Part shown: piece after piece, positions 37,988 to 52,998 of the stretch
Layout: the number at the start of each line of letters is the position of its first letter
Position numbering within the stretch: position 1 is the first letter of the stretch
Source: Dictyostelium discoideum
Lineage: Eukaryota
DNA length: 64,000 nucleotides
Direction of reading: 5' to 3'
Assembly: GCA_000004695.1 (NCBI GenBank)
Contig: CM000151.3
Coordinates: forward strand, 5,504,001 to 5,568,000
Translations under genes and position numbers: made by a program
The notes under the pieces: generated by a model
What the model was told of the DNA's origin: nothing
Database searches by the model: none
Seen by the model: the letters and a program-made list of their open reading frames with translations, nothing else

Positions 37988-40369
37988 TTATTTTATTAAT
38001 TGTTTTAATAATTTGAATTCAGTTGGTGATGGTTTAATATTATAATTATTTTTTAATAAAAGTAATCTTGAGAAAATGAAATCGATGGAATCTTTATCTA
38101 ACTTTGTAATTAAACTTTCATTTTTTAAATAATTTAAAACCTGAAGTAAATTATCTAACATATTTGTATAATTAATTTTAATATTATTATTATTATTATC
38201 ATTATTTTGTTGTTGTTGTTGTTGTTGTTGTTGTTGAATAAATTTCATATGTTGATCTTGTTTGAATTTATTATCTAATAAATAACCATATAATATTAAA
38301 TCTAAAGTTACTTTATCAAATAAATCATCACCTGAACCTGAACCAATTATATTATTATTATCTTTAATAAAAGATATTAAAGCACTTGAAGGATAATTAA
38401 AATAAGCCATTGTATAAAGTAATACTGATTGATTCATAATTTTACTTTGAATACCATTTGTGGAAGTTGGAATCATTTTATAATATTTAATTGCTTTATC
38501 AATTTCATTTAATCTTGAAAGACCAAATATTAATTGATTTAATATAAAAGTATTTAATTTAAATGACCATTGATTTTTCAAACGATTTAATACTGAAAAT
38601 GAATAATCAATATCTTTTTTAACTATTAATTGGTGATAATTAATTGCTAAAAATGTTTGACTATTACCCATAAATTCAGTTTTTAATTTCTTTTGATTCT
38701 TTTTTGTTTTTCCTGTTGTCGTCTTTGTTGAATCTAATGTTGGTGGAATTATGAAATCACCAGAATTTAAAAATATTTCATCAACCATTCTACCTTGATA
38801 AGCTTGTAATTTTAATTTTGAATTAAACATTTCTAAATCTAATAAAACACCTTCTTCCTCCATAAATGCTTCTAAATTTTCAGCAAATTCAACATAACCA
38901 TTCTTATAGCAATGAATTAAAATCGATTTAAACATTTCAATATTTCTAACTGGTGTATCTTTTAATTGATCATCTTTTGCTAATTTACCATATAATTGTT
39001 TTTCATTTTTTTCTTCATCATCATCTTTTTGATTATTTGTTTCTTTTTCATTATCTTTTTCATTTTCTTTGTAAAATAATTCTCTTTTCTTTTTAATTTT
39101 ATCAAATTCATATGATTTTACTTCTTTTTCATCAAATGAATTAGATTTAAAGGTTGTAAGGAATTCTGAAGTGACAGAAGATACGGTTGCACCTGGTTGA
39201 CGATTATAATATTCGAAAAAGTGAATGAAAACATCTGGATGAAAATTTTGAAAGAATGATTGCATATTTGAAGAGATCATTTCAGCTGAATTAATTTGAT
39301 CCAATTCTAAGAAAACTTTAATCATTTCGCTAAAATCCAAAGGATCAAGTTTTCTATTAAATGCCTTATTCTCTAGTTGTTGAAAGAATTTCCAAAGTTT
39401 TGATTTCCTTTTCATATATTGAAAAGTATATTTATAAACTAAATTCCCTTCTTTAAAATGATGATTTTGGTAAAGCGGTCTTGCCATCTCAATGATTTTA
39501 TAATAGTCTTCTCCCTCAACTGATTTTTCAATTAATTCCATATTCGACTCACTTAAAACTAATCCATTTAAATTATTATAAATCATTGGATAATTTGATT
39601 TAAATAAATTATTTTTTAAGTGAATTTGGAATGAATGTAAATGTAAATCAATTCTATCTTGGAATGATAATGGATCTTTTTGATCTCTAAATTTTTTAAT
39701 CACTAATTCTTCACTATTTTCAAGTGATCTTTCAAATGGTTCAGATTTATTTCTACCAACCATTGATAAAGTCTCTGACTTTTGTTTATTTAATAATCTA
39801 TTTTTAGTTATATTTTCTTGATGTGATTTTAAACGATTATAAAGATTCAAACGTTTTCGTTTCTCCATATCAGTTTTTATCTTTTCCAAGTATTCACTTT
39901 TCATTAATTTAATATTTTCTTTTCTTTTTTCTAATTTCTCTTTTTCTTTTTGTTTATCTGAAATCTCTTTTTGTTTATTTGAAATTTCTTTTTCTTTTTC
40001 TAAAAATGAATCTCCTCTTAAATTATTTTTACCAAATCCAATTAAAATATTATTATAACTATTATTATTATTTATATTATTATTATTATTTTCATTTTCT
40101 TGTTGTTGTTGTTTTTTTAATAATAAATTATCTTTTTTTTCTTGTTTTTTTATTTCAATTTCTTCTTCTTTAATTAATAAATTTTCAATCTTTTTTTCAA
40201 TTTCTTCTTCTTTTTGTTTTAAATCTAAAGATATTTTTTTTTTTAATTTCAACATTGTAGTTGGAAATTTTCTTTGTGCATTATTTTTTTTTGTAAATGA
40301 CCTTATTAATAAAGGATTTATATTATTTGGATAATTTAAAATAAAAGATCTTTTAATTAAATTATTCAT
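37988..40369 (-). CDS. Hypothetical 793-aa protein with a K/E-rich coiled-coil and helical repeats. It may be mitochondrial and PPR-like.
   Basis: A single long ORF. The N-terminus is basic and hydroxylated (MNNLIKRSFILNYPNNINPLLIRSFTKK...). Long KEKE-type stretches are present. The C-terminal helical region ends in poly-Q. I recognise no confident homology. Confidence 0.5.
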   Translation of the reverse strand: MNNLIKRSFILNYPNNINPLLIRSFTKKNNAQRKFPTTMLKLKKKISLDLKQKEEEIEKKIENLLIKEEEIEIKKQEKKDNLLLKKQQQQENENNNNNINNNNSYNNILIGFGKNNLRGDSFLEKEKEISNKQKEISDKQKEKEKLEKRKENIKLMKSEYLEKIKTDMEKRKRLNLYNRLKSHQENITKNRLLNKQKSETLSMVGRNKSEPFERSLENSEELVIKKFRDQKDPLSFQDRIDLHLHSFQIHLKNNLFKSNYPMIYNNLNGLVLSESNMELIEKSVEGEDYYKIIEMARPLYQNHHFKEGNLVYKYTFQYMKRKSKLWKFFQQLENKAFNRKLDPLDFSEMIKVFLELDQINSAEMISSNMQSFFQNFHPDVFIHFFEYYNRQPGATVSSVTSEFLTTFKSNSFDEKEVKSYEFDKIKKKRELFYKENEKDNEKETNNQKDDDEEKNEKQLYGKLAKDDQLKDTPVRNIEMFKSILIHCYKNGYVEFAENLEAFMEEEGVLLDLEMFNSKLKLQAYQGRMVDEIFLNSGDFIIPPTLDSTKTTTGKTKKNQKKLKTEFMGNSQTFLAINYHQLIVKKDIDYSFSVLNRLKNQWSFKLNTFILNQLIFGLSRLNEIDKAIKYYKMIPTSTNGIQSKIMNQSVLLYTMAYFNYPSSALISFIKDNNNIIGSGSGDDLFDKVTLDLILYGYLLDNKFKQDQHMKFIQQQQQQQQQQNNDNNNNNIKINYTNMLDNLLQVLNYLKNESLITKLDKDSIDFIFSRLLLLKNNYNIKPSPTEFKLLKQLIK

Positions 40370-40914
40370 TTATTTTTTTTTTTTTATTTTTTTTTCGTAA
40401 AATGAAATCATAAATTAAAAAAAAAAAAAAAAAAAAAAACCATTTTTTTTAAATTTTTTTTTTTTAACCATTGATTATGGGATCTAGTGCTAAAATTAAA
40501 AATATTGGGGTCCTTTTGCGATTTATTATAAAAAAATTAAAATTATTATAATTATTATAGATTTTAAGTTTTGGGGAGGAATTATATTTTTTTAAAATCT
40601 AAAATAAAATCTATTATATCATTGTTTATTTATATTAATTAAAAAATAAAAAAAAAATTAATAAAAAAAAAAATAAAAAAAATGGGTGTGGTAAATACCA
40701 ATTTAATTATTAATCAAATTAAAAAACTTTAATTAAATGAAAAATATTCAAAACTTTAATAACTATTTACTATTTGACTTATTGTCATAATAATTAAATA
40801 AACAATTTAATTTTAATTAATAAATTTTAGTATAAATTTAAAAAATAAAAAATTTTAAAAGTATCAATTAATTAAAAAAGTAAAATTAAAAGTATAACAT
40901 TCATCAATTAAAAA

Positions 40915-41293
40915 ATGACAATCATTGGTATTGTATCTAAAAAGTTTATTTAAAAAAAAAAAACAAAAAAATAGTTTTAAAGATATTAATTTTTTAATTT
41001 TTAATTTTTTGAAAAAAAAAAAAGCTTCAATCTCTAAAATCGGTAACATTAAATCATCATCATCTTCATCAATTGGATCAGGTAAAAGTTCAGCAGTTTC
41101 CTTTGGTAATAGTAGAATTGCCTGTGGAGAATGTGGTGGTAGTGCAACTGGATTATTAGGAAATATTGCAAATTCTGGAACAGGGATGGTTTCTCAAATT
41201 CCAGTAACTGTTATGTTAGATGTAAATGCAAATGCTAATCTTAATCCATCAATGTCTGCTGTACCAGCAGGAAACTCATGTGGTTGTAATTAA
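40915..41293 (+). CDS. HssA/B-like (hssl family) small Gly/Ser-rich protein. Two exons: 40915..40927 and 41025..41293.
   Basis: The start context is AAAAATG. Exon 1 is ATGACAATCATTG (MTII + G), with donor GTATTG and acceptor AG at 41023-4. The product is MTIIASISKIGNIKSSSSSSIGSGKSSAVSFGNSRIACGECGGSATGLLGNIANSGTGMVSQIPVTVMLDVNANANLNPSMSAVPAGNSCGCN*. The track ORF 40925..41293 is the same exon 2 read through the intron in the wrong frame at its 5' end. Confidence 0.75.
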
Positions 41294-41998
41294 AATTGTT
41301 AACTATCATTACAACTTAATATTATTACTACCATTTATTATTAAAATTAGTAATAAATCAAATTTTCCTTTATTTTTTATTTTTTTTATTTATTTATTTC
41401 CATATCTATTGTTTTTTTATTTATTCCCATATCTATTGTTTTTTTTTCCAATTGTTATTTTTAATTATTTTCCATTTTTATATAAATTCTAAGAATCTTG
41501 AAAAAATTATTAAATTTACTTTAGAATATCCAAATAAAAAATTAAAAATTGTAATTTTTTTAAAAATATTTGCCCAACACACCACGATATTACTATCACT
41601 AGAAAATGAAAAAAAATAAAACAAAACTATTTACCCCCATTTCCCTAATTTAATCTATTTTTTTTATTTTTTTTATTTTTCCAAATTTTATTTCCGACCC
41701 CACTTTTTATTTTTAATTTCATTTTACCACCACCAAATACTATTTACCTTTTTTATAAAAGGTGATGAAAAGTATTAGAATTTTAGAAATTACACAAAAA
41801 CTTTGAAAAACATTATAATATAACATTTTATAAATTTTAATATGAATCAAAATTTTTATTTGTTTTTTTTTTTTTTTTTTTTTTAATATAAAAGAAAATA
41901 ATTTTTCATTTTTAATTTCATCCAATCAACAATAAATTAAGTACTACTATAAAATTTTATAAAATTATCTTTGTAACTCAATAAAAAAAATAAAAAAA

Positions 41999-42068
41999 AT
42001 GACAATCCTTGGTAAATATTTTTTAAAAAAAAAAAATTTATATATACTAGTTTGTTTGGTTTATTAAT

Positions 42069-42105
<37 letters not shown>

Positions 42106-42387
42106 GCATCAATTTGTAAATTAGGTAACACCAAATCAACTTCATCCTCAATTGGATCAAGTTATAGTAGTGCTGTTTCATTTGGTTCTAACTCAGTATC
42201 ATGTGGAGAATGTGGTGGTGATGGACCATCATTTCCAAATGCATCACCAAGAACTGGTGTAAAAGCTGGTGTTAATGTTGATGGATTATTAGGTGCAATT
42301 GGAAAAACAGTTAATGGTATGTTAATTTCCCCAAATGGTGGTGGTGGTGGTATGGGTATGGGTGGTGGTAGTTGTGGTTGTAATTAA
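41999..42387 (+). CDS. HssA/B-like (hssl family) small Gly/Ser-rich protein. Two exons: 41999..42011 and 42107..42387.
   Basis: Exon 1 is ATGACAATCCTTG (MTIL + G), with donor GTAAAT and acceptor AG at 42105-6. The product is MTILASICKLGNTKSTSSSIGSSYSSAVSFGSNSVSCGECGGDGPSFPNASPRTGVKAGVNVDGLLGAIGKTVNGMLISPNGGGGGMGMGGGSCGCN*. Confidence 0.7.
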
Positions 42388-42513
42388 AAAAAAAAAAAAA
42401 ATTATAAAAATAAACTAAATTTCAATTTTTTATTTTTAATTTTAATTTTTAAAAATAAAACACTAATATTTTATTATTGGTATACCAATTTTATAATTTA
42501 ATTTATTTTATTT

Positions 42514-45657
<3,144 letters not shown>

Positions 45658-45908
45658 TAATCGAAACCTTTTTTTAAAAAAAAAATAAAAAATATTAATA
45701 TTAATTAAAACACCAAAAAAAAAAAAAAAAAAAAAAAAGAAAATTAATAAATTTGGCAATTTCTTATTTTTTTTAATAGTTTTTGCAATATTTTAAGAAA
45801 AATTGATTAATTCACACAAAAAAAAAGAATAAGAAAATTGCCTAATTTTATTAATTTCTAATAAAACAAATCAATTTATTAAATATTAAATATTAAATAT
45901 ATATATAT

Positions 45909-46298
45909 TTACTCTGTAATATTAATTCCATAAAATTCATCTTTTAATTTTTTATTACAAATTTGATAAACTTCATTTTGTGATATATTATTTTTTGATT
46001 TTAAAAATTTATAACTTTTAATTGAATCAGAATTTAGAGTATCTTGAGTTCTTTTTTCAGAAATTGCAGAATTTCTAATAATAATTTTTTGTGAAGCTTC
46101 TTTATTATTATTATTTGAACTATTATTTTGTAAATTTGGTAATGATTTTGAAAAAGAATAATTAGATTGTTGTTCTATTGAAGATAAAAATCTTTTTATA
46201 ATTGTTCTTTCATATTCTGTTACTTTGAATTTAGTTGAATTGAATGTATTATTATATGAAACTAAACCCTTTGGCCAAGCCCTAATTATACTATTCAT
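45909..46298 (-). CDS. Small hypothetical 129-aa ORF.
   Basis: Track ORF only. It has a proper TAA stop. It shows no homology and has low-complexity N/S content. It may be a separate small gene or spurious. Confidence 0.25.
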   Translation of the reverse strand: MNSIIRAWPKGLVSYNNTFNSTKFKVTEYERTIIKRFLSSIEQQSNYSFSKSLPNLQNNSSNNNNKEASQKIIIRNSAISEKRTQDTLNSDSIKSYKFLKSKNNISQNEVYQICNKKLKDEFYGINITE

Positions 46299-46572
46299 TG
46301 CTTATTTTTGTTGTTTTTAATTTACATTAAAAAAAAAAATTAAAAAAATTAAAAAAATAAATTGAAAAAAAAAAAAAAAAAAAAAAAAAAAACCGAAAAA
46401 TAAAAAAATAACCTGAAAAAAATGAAAAAAAGAAAATATCATATTTGATCACAAAATTACTTATTTTTTAAAAATAAAATTTTAAATTAAAAAAATAATA
46501 CCAAAAAAAAACTTTAATTAAATTCTATTTTTATTATTTTTTATTTTTATTTTTATTTTTAGAATAATTTAT

Positions 46573-47621
46573 TTAACCAAATCTAAGTAAAACTTGTTTT
46601 TGTTTACCACCTTTTTTAATGTATTGATCATCTTGAGTTTCTTTTGGTGGTGGGGTAGTCTTCTTTTTTGGAATAAAATTCTCTTGTCCTGGAAGTGAAG
46701 GGAAATCTTCAGTATCATTTGTTGGAGCTTTATTAACTCTTAATGATGGTGGTACTGTTGAAGATGGAGAAGAGGAGGAGGAAGAAGAAGAAATATTAAC
46801 TTTTGATAAAGTTGAAGCTAAACTTTGTTTATTTGAATTACTTTCAACTTGGACCTTTGAAAAGTTATTTGAACTTGTATAACTATCACCACTAAATCTT
46901 GAGGATAATGATGGGTATGAATCAACATCATCATCATCATCATCATCAGAATCACCAGTTCTTGGTACATATCTTGTTGATGTTAATCTATAAGCCATTG
47001 ATGTTGCAGAGTTATCATTATGATGTTTAATTTTTGATGCTGCATTATTATTTTTATTACTGCTACTGCCATTACTGCTGCTACTACTACTACTACTGCT
47101 ATTACTAAAATTATTTAAATAACCTGGATAACTAATAATACCATCAGATGGTCTATTCTTTACTAAAGTTAAATTTGCAGATGAACCAGTTGACCAAATA
47201 TTTGAAGGATTTGCATTACTTTTAGTTTTTTTATTTGAACCAATTGCACCATTAAGTGATGGATATTGTTCTTCTACTACTTTCATATATGAATGAATTT
47301 GTGATAAAGCTTCTCTCTTTGCTTGATTTGGTAATAAGGCAATTAATTCATCGAAAATATCATTTGCTTTAGTACCAAATAAACCTAAAAACTTTGTATA
47401 ATAAGCATTTGGTTCCAATTTACCATTTTTAAAATCTACAGATAATGATTTAAAAGTTTGATATTTCTTGTCATTATTTAAAATCTCTTGAATCTTTGAA
47501 ACTAATTTTTTATTTCTTTCATCAACTTCAGCTTGTGTAATCTCTTTTTCTTTTTCTTTATGAAAATCTGGATTAAATGTTGATGGTGCTGGTGCATTTA
47601 ATAAATTTCTTGTATTTAATC

Positions 47622-47658
<37 letters not shown>

Positions 47659-48806
47659 GTTATTATTATTATTATTATAATTGTTATTATTTGATGAAGT
47701 TGTAGTTGTAGTAGTTGTAGTTCTTGTGGTTGTTGTTGTTGTTGTGGTTCTTGGTAAATTAATTTGTTGACCATTTAAATTCGTATTAAAAGCATCAGCT
47801 GAAGGAATTATTGGATTATTATTTGAAGTTGAATGAGAAGGTCTATCAAAAGTAATGTTAACTTGAGTAGCACTACGTTTTTGATTTTTTGACATTTTAC
47901 TTGTATCTAAATGAGTTGAGATTTCATGAGATTTCAAAGAGTATTCATCAGGGAAAACTATGAATTTCTTTTCTAAACATTCTGGATGCATACATGGAAA
48001 ATGTTCATCATTGAAATGATGACGAATCTTTGGATAATCACTGAAATATTGATAGAGTAAACCTTTACTTTCACAAACAAAACAAGAGAAATGCATCTTG
48101 TTCAAATGATCATAGAGTTGATCATTGCCATAATAGTATTTGTTACAGAATTTACAAGCTGGATGACCCTTTTTCTTACCAACGATTGTAATACCCGCAC
48201 CACCATCCCATTCAGACATATGAATGGGTAATTTCTTTGGATCGTATACATTTTGTTCCGCTAGGAATACTTTTCTATCGGCTAAACAAATTTGACAAAA
48301 CATTAAAGCGTGCTCAGTGGTTAGATGGAGTTCTAACTTTTTGATCGATGGTAAATGTGCATTACAAACTTGACAAATCGGTTCCCAAAGTCTTGCTAAT
48401 GATTTCTCAAATTCTGCATCGGTGCAATAGGCATTCAATCTACCATTGAATGCTAATTTAGATTTATCATATTCTTCAAATTTCTTCTCCTTGTCTTTGG
48501 TGATAATGATAGTCTTTGATTCGGTTTTACAAATACAACATTTCATCTCCTTATAGAGTTCTCTTTGTCTAAGTAAACAAAATGAACAAACTTCAACATG
48601 TTCACAAATACCCTTACCATAGAATACTATTGGATCACAACATACTATACAATTATCTGTTATTGGTGGTTCTGATTCAAATCTTTTCATATCTAATAAT
48701 GTTGAGAAACTTTTATCACTAAAATATTCTAAAATCTTAGTTGGTACAACTGATTGATTATTATTCGTTGATGTTGTTGTTGTTGTTGTAGTTGTGGTTT
48801 GTTTTC

Positions 48807-48839
<33 letters not shown>

Positions 48840-49308
48840 TGTTATTATTGTGACTATGTCCATGACCATGTGCATGACCATGACCATGACCATGGGCATG
48901 ATTATGTCCATGACCTTGTCGGTGTCCATGACTATGATTATGATTATGACTATGACCATGTCCACCTCTATGTTGTTTTTTTTCATTTGATTCATTTGAT
49001 TCATTTGATACTGATTCATTGTTATTATTATTATTATTATTATTATTAGCATCAGGATTTGATGCTTTTGGTTTTGAATTTCTATGATTTTGTGGTTTTG
49101 GTGGTGGTTTCACACTTTCAGCATTTTCAAGTTGAGATGGTTTTGGTTGCTTTGGTTTATCTGTCTTTGGTTTATCTGTTTTTGGTTTATCTGTTCTTGG
49201 TTTATCTGTTCTTGGTTTTTGTTGTTTCTGTTGTTGTGGTTGTTGTTGTGGTGGTGGTTTATTATCACCAGTTGATGTGGTTGTAGTAGTAGTGGTTGTT
49301 GACTCCAT
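46573..49308 (-). CDS. ZNF598/Hel2-type E3 ubiquitin ligase (RING followed by C2H2 zinc fingers), 911 aa. It has a His-rich (HGHSHNHNHSHGH...) tract and poly-N/poly-T regions.
   Basis: The RING is CIVCCDPIVFYGKGICEHVEVCSFCLLRQRELYKEMKCCICK. The C2H2-like modules are CQVCNAHLPSIKKLELHLTTEH, FCQICLADRKVFLAEQNVYDPKKL, HPACKFCNKYYYGNDQLYDHLNKMHFSCFVCESKGLLYQYFSDYPKIRHHFNDEHFPCMHPECLEKKFIVFPDEYSLKSHEISTH. Order and spacing match ZNF598 (HPLCKFCDERYLDNDELLKHLRRDHYFCHFCD...YYSDYAYLREHFREKHFLCEEGRC). Confidence 0.7.
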
Positions 49309-49325
49309 GTTAAAGCTTGATGTTA

Positions 49326-49366
<41 letters not shown>

Positions 49367-49794
49367 TTTAACTTTTATAAAATTTAATATATTGATACTA
49401 ATTAGTATAGTACTATTTTTTTTTTTTTTGAAGATGGGGATAAAAAAAAAATGAAAAAAAAAAAATCTTTTTTTTTTAATTTTTTTTTTTTTTATAAAAA
49501 ATTTGATTTTATTTTTATTTTCTTTTTTTTTTTTTATTTATTTCTCAAAAAAAAAATAATAAAAAATAATAAAAAATAAATAAAAAATAAATAAAAAATA
49601 AAAAATAAATAAAATAAAAAACTAAAACAAAAAAATATATATATATATAAAAATAAATAATAAATTATTGAAAAATATAAAAAAAAAAGGATGCCCAAAA
49701 AAAAAAATAAAAAAATAAAAAAATAAAAAAAAATAAAAATTATATGAAAAATAAATTTGTGTGGGCTAAAAAAAAATAAAATAAAATAAAAAGT

Positions 49795-50007
49795 TTATTT
49801 ATTTATTTGATTTGTTTTTTCTTTAGAATCTATTAATTCGGTCAATAATTTTTCAACAGAATCATCATATTCACATTCAAAGTAATTTATTCCTTCAACA
49901 GTTAAATTCCATTTTTTAATAAATTGTTCTGAATTCCAATCTTTTCTTTTTTCCATACTTTTTTTATATGAAAAATATTTGTTAGTTAATTCTTCTATTA
50001 GCAATCT

Positions 50008-50062
<55 letters not shown>

Positions 50063-50523
50063 AACAACACTTACTTAAATGGTATTTTAAATTCACCAAT
50101 AAAATCTAATTTTGAAGGTTGTTTACATAAAATGAATATATAACGATGTAAACCAGTACCTATTAATGGTAGTGGTTGTATATATTTTACAAGTTCATCA
50201 GATTTTGAAATATTATTACCCTTTATATTAACTAATATCCATTGTTTAAATTCACCTTCCAATCTATTGATTTTGGATGGTTCATCAACTGATACTAAAA
50301 TTAAAGTAAAATATTGATTTTCTTCACTTCCATCTTGATTTAATAAATATTCAATTGTTGGTTTATCTTTTACTGCTATTGGTGTTAATTTATCTGACAT
50401 ATCTATATAACGAATTCCATATTTAACTTTTAAAGATCTATTTGGTAATGAATTAATAATATTTGGTATTATTTGATTTGTTTTTAATTTTTCTATCTCT
50501 TCAATAAATGATAAATCACCCAT
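49795..50523 (-). CDS. Phosphatidylethanolamine-binding protein (PEBP) family, about 219 aa. Two exons: 50523..50075 and 50005..49795.
   Basis: Exon 1 reads ...LILVSVDEPSKINRLEGEFKQWILVNIKG...GTGLHRYIFILCKQ, giving the DPDxP-like ligand pocket and GxHRY motifs. The donor is GTAAGT, phase 2. Exon 2 reads (K)LLIEELTNKYF...RKDWNSEQFIKKWNLTVEGINYFECEYDDSVEKL, matching the PEBP C-terminal R-x-x-F...NLGxPVAGxxFQAxWDDYV region. The total of 660 nt is divisible by 3. Confidence 0.75.
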
Positions 50524-50584
50524 TATTATTATTATTATTATTTTTTAAATATTTATTGTGTTATTTTTATTTTTTTAAATTAAA

Positions 50585-50617
<33 letters not shown>

Positions 50618-50963
50618 ATTAAATTTATAATAATTAAATTTTTTATTTTTTTATTTTTTTTTTTTTATTTTATAATAATTTTTTAATTTTGGTGTTCAAA
50701 ATTCTGTTAACATTATTTTTTTTTTTTATTTCTCTTTGCAAATAAACCACTAATAACTAATAAAAAATTTTATTTTTTTATTTATTTTTATTTTTTTTAT
50801 TTACTAGTAAAAAAATAAAATAAAAATAAATAAAAAAATAAATAAAAAATAAAAAAAAAAAACAACAAAATTTTAAAATAAAATGTGTGGGCTAAAATAA
50901 TTTTTTTTTTTTTTTTTTTTATTATTAATCTTCTCCTCTTCCCCTATTTATATAACAAATAAT

Positions 50964-51329
50964 ATGGAAATAGAAATTTTTAGAAAAAAAATTAAAGGAG
51001 AAGTCTATGAAAGAAATAGCAAAGAATATGAAAGTTCTCTTTTGGACAGATGGAATCTTGACGCTCTCACAATAAATAAACCAAAATTAATAGTGATAGT
51101 AAAAAATGAAAATGATATTATTAATTCAATTAAATTTTGTAAAGAAAATAATATTGAAATTGCTATAAAAAGTGGTGGACATGGATTTCATAGTGTAACT
51201 ATTTTTTTTTTTACAATAAAAAATTTATCTCGTCCTTTTCATAATTTATTTTTTATTATTTCTGACTTAAAATTAATTAATTTTTTATAAAAATAATAAA
51301 AAATTATCTCCTCCTCCCCACCCCATATC

Positions 51330-51367
<38 letters not shown>

Positions 51368-52557
51368 GAATTGTAAAGGATTACTTTTAGATTTAAATTT
51401 ATTAAAAGGTTTAAAGTATAATGATTATGAAAAAACAGTTACGATTGAATCAGGATGCAGATTAGGAGAAATGGATAAAGAGAATCAAAAACATGGTTAT
51501 ATTATACCATCGGGTATTGTTTCAGATACTGGTGTATTTGGATTAACATTAGGTGGTGGTATTGGTCATTTATCAAGAAGTTATGGTTTAACATGCGATA
51601 ATTTATTAGAAGCAAAACTAATAACATGTGATGGTGAAATTAAAATTATAAATAAAGAAACTGATTCACAATTATTATGGGCATTAAAAGGTGCAGGATC
51701 AAATTTTGGTGTTGTCACAGAGTTGAAATTTCAATTACACAAATTAAATAAAATATTCGTTTTAAAAAGTTTAATTGGAATTAATGAAAATCAATCATCT
51801 TCATCATCATCATCACCACCACCACCACCACCATCACCAATATTTGAAAAATTGAAGAAATTATGTGAATTTATAAAAGAAAATCAAAAAATTAATCAGT
51901 TTTCAGTTACAATAATAATTAATTCAAAAGAGTTAATAGTATACTCAATTTATAATGGAGATTATGGTAATGAATATTTAAATAATATGAATTGTTTAGT
52001 TTTTAATGAACCAAGAAAAGAAATTCAACCAGAGGATTATACAATTTTACAACAATTTTGTGACAAGGAATTACCACGTTCTAAAAGATATTATAAAAGA
52101 GGTATTTTTATTAAAGGTGAATTAGAATTTGAATTACTTAATAAAATGATCCAATCATTTAATAATCATCCAATTAAAGATGGTTTATCTTATACGATAT
52201 CACAATTGGGTGGAGTTTTTAATAATCAAATTTATAATAATAATTCATCATTTTCATTTAGAAAATCGTTATATCATATATCATTTTTAACTACACTACC
52301 TATTGATAATGAATATCAACAAAATCTATTTAATAATAATAATTGTATTATTGAAGATAAACTTAAAATCAAAGTTTATGATTGGACAAACAAAACATTG
52401 GATTTATTTTCAAATTTAAAAATTGGTGATTATTCAAATATTAATGATACGTTTTTATCAACAGATAATTATTATGGTGAAAATAGTAAAAAATTAAAAG
52501 AATTAAAATTAAAATATGATCCAAATAATTTTTTTAATAATAATCCAAATATTAATT

Positions 52558-52559
<2 letters not shown>
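50964..52559 (+). CDS. FAD-linked oxidoreductase, berberine-bridge-enzyme-like (FAD_binding_4 plus a BBE C-terminal domain), about 473 aa. Two exons: 50964..51194 and 51369..52559.
   Basis: Exon 1 reads ...PKLIVIVKNENDIINSIKFCKENNIEIAIKSGGHGFHS, the FAD-binding PCMH motif. The donor is GTAACT at 51195 and the acceptor is AG at 51367-8. Exon 2 reads NCKGLLLDLNLLKGL...IESGCRLGEM...GIVSDTGVFGLTLGGGIGHLSRSYGLTCDNLLEAKLITCDGEI...ALKGAGSNFGVVTELKF... and ends KLKELKLKYDPNNFFNNNPNIN* (BBE domain). Both exons are phase 0. Confidence 0.75.
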
Positions 52560-52597
<38 letters not shown>

Positions 52598-52744
52598 ATA
52601 AAGAAATAAAAAATTTGTTTTAAATAATAAATAATTTTTTTTTCTAAAGGATTTATTTTATATTACAATTTTATATACATGTTTTTTTATATTAAATTAA
52701 ACACTTCAATTTAATATATATTATATATTATATTAATTATTTTT

Positions 52745-52998
52745 TTAGCAATTCCATAATGGACGACTATAACTAAAGACTGAATATGGATTAATTGTAG
52801 TTTTATTTGATGAAAATTCTAAATTATTATTTTCATTATCATTATTAATTTTATTATTTAATGATTTTGATGAATTTGATAAAGAAATGATTGATTCTAA
52901 AAATAAAAAAAAAAAATAAATAAAAAAATGTTAATATAAATTTTTATTTTTATTTTTTGTTAATTAATTAAAAAAAATGTGTACATACTGAATAACAT
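52745..52998 (-). CDS. Candidate micro-gene, paralog 3 of the novel family, 53 aa. Two exons: 52998..52989 and 52896..52745.
   Basis: Exon 1 is ATGTTATTCA in an AAAATG context, followed by GTATGTAC. The intron is about 92 nt and ends in TTTTTAG. Exon 2 encodes (K)SIISLSNSSKSLNNKINNDNENNNLEFSSNKTTINPYSVFSYSRPLWNC*. The C-terminal ...Y-S-x-F-x-x-RP-x-x-x-C* is shared with the two plus-strand copies. Confidence 0.35.

Noticed and set aside
40925-41293. Track ORF starting MVLYLKSLFKKKK.
   Set aside because: Its 5' part is the intron of the hssl gene read in frame. The real gene starts at ATG 40915 with a 13-nt first exon.
45658-45759. The N-terminal [34 protein letters not shown] of ORF 42562..45759.
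   Set aside because: It is a poly-T/AT leader translated in frame. The first credible start is MLEKEN at 45657.
48729-49286. Small ORFs 48729..49052 on the minus strand, 48792..49049 and 48799..48990 on the plus strand, and 49059..49286 on the plus strand.
   Set aside because: They are alternate-frame or antisense readings of the His-codon (CATGGT-type) and poly-N repeats inside the ZNF598-like CDS.
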